A stretch of DNA of 59,669 nt, from positions 1 to 59,669 of IMG/VR virus record IMGVR_UViG_3300030389_003133. One strand, given 5' to 3'. The notes under the pieces were generated by a model. That model was given only the letters and a program-made list of their open reading frames with translations. It did no database searches and was not told where the DNA came from. Both the position numbers and the translations under genes were made by a program. Of this stretch, positions 55,402 through 59,669 are shown piece after piece. Origin of the DNA: a virus. Taxonomy: Duplodnaviria; Caudoviricetes. The stretch's first letter is position 1, and each line of letters opens with the position of its first letter.

Positions 55402-55879
55402 TATAATAGACCAATCTCTAAACGTCTCTATAAAAACTTCTTGTAGAAAAAGAGAAACAGTTAACGGTCGAATGATATATTATAAAATACTTAATGAACT
55501 CAAGTTTGGATGCAGTGCTATTGGAAAAAGTATAGGTAAAAACCACGCCACTGTACTCCACGGATTGAAACAATTTAAAGATTTATGGATAACAGATAAG
55601 AACTTGAGAGAGGAATACCACCTTATAAGAGAACTGTTTTTTAATCACGACGGTGTAAATGCACACGACTCATACAGTAGGAAAGAATTATTTAAAACGG
55701 TTAAATATTTGGAAAACGAAAATAAAAGTTTAACTTTGGAATTAGAACGGTTGAATAATCGTCTAAATTCAAGGAATAAATATAGCGACACTTTAGAAAT
55801 TCTTGAAAGAAGACACCTCAACTCAGAACAACTAAGTAAAATTAACTCAAAGATAATACACATCATAAATGGCGTATAG
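55355..55879 (+). CDS. Second DnaA domain IV-like HTH protein with coiled coil (174 aa)
   Basis: RKRETVNGRMIYY...IGKSIGKNHATVLHG. Confidence 0.7.
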   Translation: MESLIKTNRTFRVLADIIDQSLNVSIKTSCRKRETVNGRMIYYKILNELKFGCSAIGKSIGKNHATVLHGLKQFKDLWITDKNLREEYHLIRELFFNHDGVNAHDSYSRKELFKTVKYLENENKSLTLELERLNNRLNSRNKYSDTLEILERRHLNSEQLSKINSKIIHIINGV

Positions 55880-56117
55880 TATTCAAGACATAGATAAGAT
55901 TGTTGAATTTTCTACTTGGAATGGAAAGAAAAAAATCGACGAGCTTCTACGTATTGATTGCAGTATGTATGCTAATTTAGGAATCGACTCAAGCAAAAAG
56001 GACCGGGAGACGGTTAAAATCAATTCACGAAAAATTTACAGATATATAAAAAAAATTAATCCACGCATGGGAAGAGAGTTTCTTAATGCAATGGATAAGG
56101 AAGAACACATAGAATAA
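55869..56117 (+). CDS. Hypothetical protein (82 aa)
   Basis: ORF track. Confidence 0.65.
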   Translation: MAYSIQDIDKIVEFSTWNGKKKIDELLRIDCSMYANLGIDSSKKDRETVKINSRKIYRYIKKINPRMGREFLNAMDKEEHIE

Positions 56118-56119
56118 AA

Positions 56120-56311
56120 ATGGTAGGCATATCGTCCATAGATGCAGAACGCATAAAGCACATCAACTATCTTATGGATGGACTACATAACCGACTTACA
56201 AACTTATATGAAGAACTTGCGGATAAAGAAATAGATAAAGCAAAAATAGAGGTTAAGTCATTAATAGAAGAATTAAAAAGTCTTCAAGACTCTCTCGACG
56301 ATGACCTATAG
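56120..56311 (+). CDS. Hypothetical protein (63 aa)
   Basis: ORF track. Confidence 0.6.
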   Translation: MVGISSIDAERIKHINYLMDGLHNRLTNLYEELADKEIDKAKIEVKSLIEELKSLQDSLDDDL

Positions 56312-56687
56312 AACCTGTTCACACTGCAATCAAAGAAAACATATATCCGACTTTTATCTTTCAGGTAAGTTTACAAAAGCAGGGAAAAACATCCCTAGCA
56401 GAAAATGTAAAAAGTGTGTCAATGAAATTAAAAAAAACAGAAGACACAATATTAGAGCATGGCTCAAACAATATAAAAGAAATAGTAAATGTTCAATATG
56501 TGGATACTCAAAGGAAACACATCCAAATTTTTCTATACACGCTTTGGAGTTTCATCACCCACAAAACAATAAAGAATTTGCAATAGGAGAAGCAGCAGCA
56601 AGAGGTTTGGCTATAAAAAAAATTAAAAAAGAAATTGATAAATGTGTTATCTTGTGCTCACGTTGTCATACAGAAATTCATCATTAA
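56301..56687 (+). CDS. HNH-like endonuclease with Zn fingers (128 aa)
   Basis: Several CxxC pairs, LEFHH, LCSRCHTEIH. Confidence 0.75.
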   Translation: MTYRTCSHCNQRKHISDFYLSGKFTKAGKNIPSRKCKKCVNEIKKNRRHNIRAWLKQYKRNSKCSICGYSKETHPNFSIHALEFHHPQNNKEFAIGEAAARGLAIKKIKKEIDKCVILCSRCHTEIHH

Positions 56688-57098
56688 ATGAGGTTCGAAT
56701 CTAATAAAGATTTAAAAAGAGAAAGAAAAGCAATAGAAAAGTTTGTAAGCAGGTTCAAAGGAACCTATAAGAAACTTGGAGAAAACGACGTAGACTACAG
56801 AGTCTTTGATGAGAACGGCAAACTTATATCCTACGCAGAAGTAAAAGGAAGATACAAAAATATAGCAGACGCATATCCACTTCCTGTGGCAGCAAGAAAA
56901 ATAGTTAAGTTGTGTGATAAAAGACTTAACCCGGTAATTATATGGGCTTGTGATGACGGCATCATATACGGACTTCCGTCAGAAATCAAAGGCGAAGTAC
57001 GTTGGGGAGGAAGAAAACCCCGTAAAGGAGCTTTTAATGACGAAGAGCTTATGTTATATTATCCTAAACAAAAGACTTTTAGGTATTTTAAATATTAA
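56688..57098 (+). CDS. PD-(D/E)XK-like nuclease (136 aa)
   Basis: E...VDY...YAEVKGR. Confidence 0.6.
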   Translation: MRFESNKDLKRERKAIEKFVSRFKGTYKKLGENDVDYRVFDENGKLISYAEVKGRYKNIADAYPLPVAARKIVKLCDKRLNPVIIWACDDGIIYGLPSEIKGEVRWGGRKPRKGAFNDEELMLYYPKQKTFRYFKY

Positions 57099-59669
57099 TT
57101 TATTGGATACAACTTACCGTTGATTTCTTTAAAACCCATGTCTTTGAGCATTCGTTTTCTTCGCTCTCGTTGTTCTTTTCTAATTCTGTCTTTCTGTCCA
57201 TACTTTAATTCATACAATTCAGGGCTATATCTTTTCAAATCAGACTTTGTTCTGATACCCCCTTGCGGTATAATACCTTTTACTGAAGAGCCTCTTTGTC
57301 CGTAACCCGGTCTATAAGATGGAGTAATACCTAAGAAATCATAGATGGCTTCATAAAATTCTTCTGAATTAACATCCCCAAACACTCCTTTTTGAATTGC
57401 ATTGTATAACCCTACAAATGGGTCTGTCTGTGCTCCTAGTGCTAATTCAATAAGCGGCTCAACTCCTGCAGCAATCTTTTCTCCAAAGCTACCACCTTTT
57501 TCTGTTGCTTCTTCAATCTGTCTAAGAGCTTTCATTAATACGCTTGTTAAGGGGTTTACTATATCATCAACAGGCTTACGTCTATCATCACTAAAATAGT
57601 TGATTCCTTGCTCTGCCGTTGCACCTATGATTGGTATTTGATATAAAAGATTCAGACCCATCATAGCCTTTTTTAGTTTATCAAAAAACGCATCCCTATC
57701 TTCGTTGTCACCTCTTGTTAATAATGCTATGTTTGACACTGCGGTAAACAATACGTTGGCTACTGCAAAGTTTAAATAAAAACTTCTTACTGCTTGTTTA
57801 TTTTCTAAGACTTTTTTCGCTCCGTATACTGTTTTGGTTACTTTGTTGTTACCTTCAACCTTCCCGAGCTGATAGCTTTTAGATAAGTTGTCTAAACTTT
57901 GTCTTACTTTATTTATTTGTAAAAACAATGTACTTCCAAACATCGTAAAGAACCTACTTAACCCGTCTCCTTTTAGTTGTAAAGGAATTTTGTCAGTTGC
58001 TCTACGAGATTGCTGAGTGGAGTTGTAGTCATTAAATGCTTCAAGGGCTTGTGCTTCGCTCATTCCATTCGCTATATTACGTTTGTAGTTTATGTAATAA
58101 CCCATAACACCTAATATATCTCCTATTATTGTAGGACTACCTGAAAGTCTCTTGAAGTTTCTTACGAGCTTTGGAAACACGCCGGTTCCTTTACCGACTT
58201 GTTTTAAAGTGTTAGACCCTGTTTCAAGACCATATACATCTCCTTCCAATCCCTCTGTAACCCTTTGGTCAAAAGTTGCAGACATTTTTCTTGCTTTTGC
58301 AATGGCTCCTTCTTTACCAAAGAAATCAGGCACCATGCTAAAAAGAACTCCTACGGCATCTACTGCAAACATAGCCGCCTCGATTGGTGCTTGGAATACT
58401 TTTGGAATTGTACTATCAGGTTTAAAATAATTGTACTGTGAAAAGGCGTTAACAAATGATGTAGCTTGTTTAGCAATTTGAATTAATTTAAACGCTAATG
58501 CAAACCCTGTAAACTTATTTGCCAAATTACTAATAAACTTACCACCACCGGTTTCTGCAGTTACTGATGCAGATTGTGGATTGACTGCAGCATTGACTGT
58601 AGTCTTTAATAATTTTTTCATTCCTGAAACATCAAGAAGTAAATCAACTGCAGGTATATTAAAGAACTCGTTTAGTTGCTGAACGGGTATTGCAAGAGCT
58701 TTATATCGCTCCATAGTTTCCACATGGTTTTGCATAACGTCTATAAAGCCACCTGTTTTTAAATCAATACCACTTCTTGTGTCGGTTCTTTCTTTAAATG
58801 CAGGAGCGGTTTCTGAAGAAAAGATTCCATTAAAGTTGCCGTCTAACAACATACTTGCATCTACTTTTTGTTTTATTGTTTTAGTTGGGAAATAGTTTTC
58901 GACAAAACCTAAGTTAATACCATTGGCTTGTTTATATACATTGTTGGTTTCATTAAAATATTCGGTGCTGAAATAATTAACTATCTTATCTGCGAACGCT
59001 ATAATGTCAGGACCTAATTCTTGTTTAATGTCTTCTAATATCTCAGGTGTAATACCTTGTCTTAGTAATTTATTTCTTTGTGTTTCATTTTTACTAAGAG
59101 CATAAATACGCAATAATTGATTTGCGTTTTGAGTTATGTTAGTTTTAACGTCTGTTATGTTTCCTGACTTATCTAGTTTGTTTATAACAAGAGTTTTAGT
59201 ATTTGGTCTACCTAACCTATCGAGACCCAAGGCGGTGTTTACTTTTGATTCAAAATCATAGTAACTTTCAAAACCTACTTCCTTAGCAAAGTCATCAAGT
59301 TTTTCACGCATCTTTCTTTGGTTTTGTAAAACCACTTCTGACGCACGGTTTAACCTTCTGTAAACTTTGTCAGTAAATGAAGTAAGACCTTTTGCTTTAT
59401 TATCTAAGAAGGAAGTAACAGTTTCCATATTTGTTATAATGTTCGCTGCCGGTTCTTTAAATGGGCTTTTATTGAATGAACTTAAAATTTTATTAAAGAC
59501 CTTACCGATAATACCTTTGCCTACAAAACCGGCTTTTATATCATCTAAGTCTTGTCTTATTTGTTGTTCATCTTTTAAAGTACCATCTTCATTGAATAAA
59601 TTACTGTTAGTTTCCTTAATTTGATTTGTTACTTCTTCTGCTCTTGCTTCTGCTTCAGCAGCTTTTTTC
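57095..59669 (-). CDS. Giant virion protein, 3' part (continuation of 1..6770)
   Basis: The track ORF 57095..59428 stays open to the contig end and is in frame with the 6770 ATG. Confidence 0.8.
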   Translation of the reverse strand, partial: KKAAEAEARAEEVTNQIKETNSNLFNEDGTLKDEQQIRQDLDDIKAGFVGKGIIGKVFNKILSSFNKSPFKEPAANIITNMETVTSFLDNKAKGLTSFTDKVYRRLNRASEVVLQNQRKMREKLDDFAKEVGFESYYDFESKVNTALGLDRLGRPNTKTLVINKLDKSGNITDVKTNITQNANQLLRIYALSKNETQRNKLLRQGITPEILEDIKQELGPDIIAFADKIVNYFSTEYFNETNNVYKQANGINLGFVENYFPTKTIKQKVDASMLLDGNFNGIFSSETAPAFKERTDTRSGIDLKTGGFIDVMQNHVETMERYKALAIPVQQLNEFFNIPAVDLLLDVSGMKKLLKTTVNAAVNPQSASVTAETGGGKFISNLANKFTGFALAFKLIQIAKQATSFVNAFSQYNYFKPDSTIPKVFQAPIEAAMFAVDAVGVLFSMVPDFFGKEGAIAKARKMSATFDQRVTEGLEGDVYGLETGSNTLKQVGKGTGVFPKLVRNFKRLSGSPTIIGDILGVMGYYINYKRNIANGMSEAQALEAFNDYNSTQQSRRATDKIPLQLKGDGLSRFFTMFGSTLFLQINKVRQSLDNLSKSYQLGKVEGNNKVTKTVYGAKKVLENKQAVRSFYLNFAVANVLFTAVSNIALLTRGDNEDRDAFFDKLKKAMMGLNLLYQIPIIGATAEQGINYFSDDRRKPVDDIVNPLTSVLMKALRQIEEATEKGGSFGEKIAAGVEPLIELALGAQTDPFVGLYNAIQKGVFGDVNSEEFYEAIYDFLGITPSYRPGYGQRGSSVKGIIPQGGIRTKSDLKRYSPELYELKYGQKDRIRKEQRERRKRMLKDMGFKEINGKLYPIN
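59571..59669. repeat. Terminal direct repeat (assembly circularity overlap), copy 2
   Basis: Matches 1-99 except the last base. Confidence 0.95.

Noticed and set aside
57095-59428. Stand-alone 777-aa gene
   Set aside because: The frame stays open through the junction; it is the C-terminus of the giant protein
1-59669. tRNA genes, integrase, DNA polymerase, alternative genetic code
   Set aside because: None recognised; genes are intact and tightly packed under the standard code with all three stops used

Overview
Apparently complete, circular (~59,570 bp; 99-nt terminal overlap) lytic podovirus-like dsDNA phage genome. The host is inferred to be Bacteroidota (TTTG-N19/20-TAnnTTTG promoters, AT-rich leaders without Shine-Dalgarno). 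The minus strand carries the late module: GroEL/GroES, small basic proteins, lysis, tail fibre, terminase, portal, scaffold, capsid, tail proteins and a ~3,081-aa virion protein crossing the contig junction. The plus strand (41.6-57.1 kb) carries early genes, including an amidoligase and a glutamine amidotransferase/gamma-glutamylcyclotransferase fusion, then recombination and replication genes. The most striking non-coding structure is in the early operon: three intergenic type III hammerhead ribozymes, each preceded by a stable RNA structure and followed by an AU-rich leader and start codon, suggesting a self-processing mRNA. Two of those upstream structures are copies of a 16-bp palindrome (GTGTCTTTAAAGACAC) found about 15 times genome-wide, including inside genes in all three reading frames. 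Also noted: twin 11-bp iteron arrays, an A10 slippage site in the giant gene, Cys-rich tail repeats and apparent CCAG/GATC avoidance. All calls come from reading motifs by eye; no database search was run.
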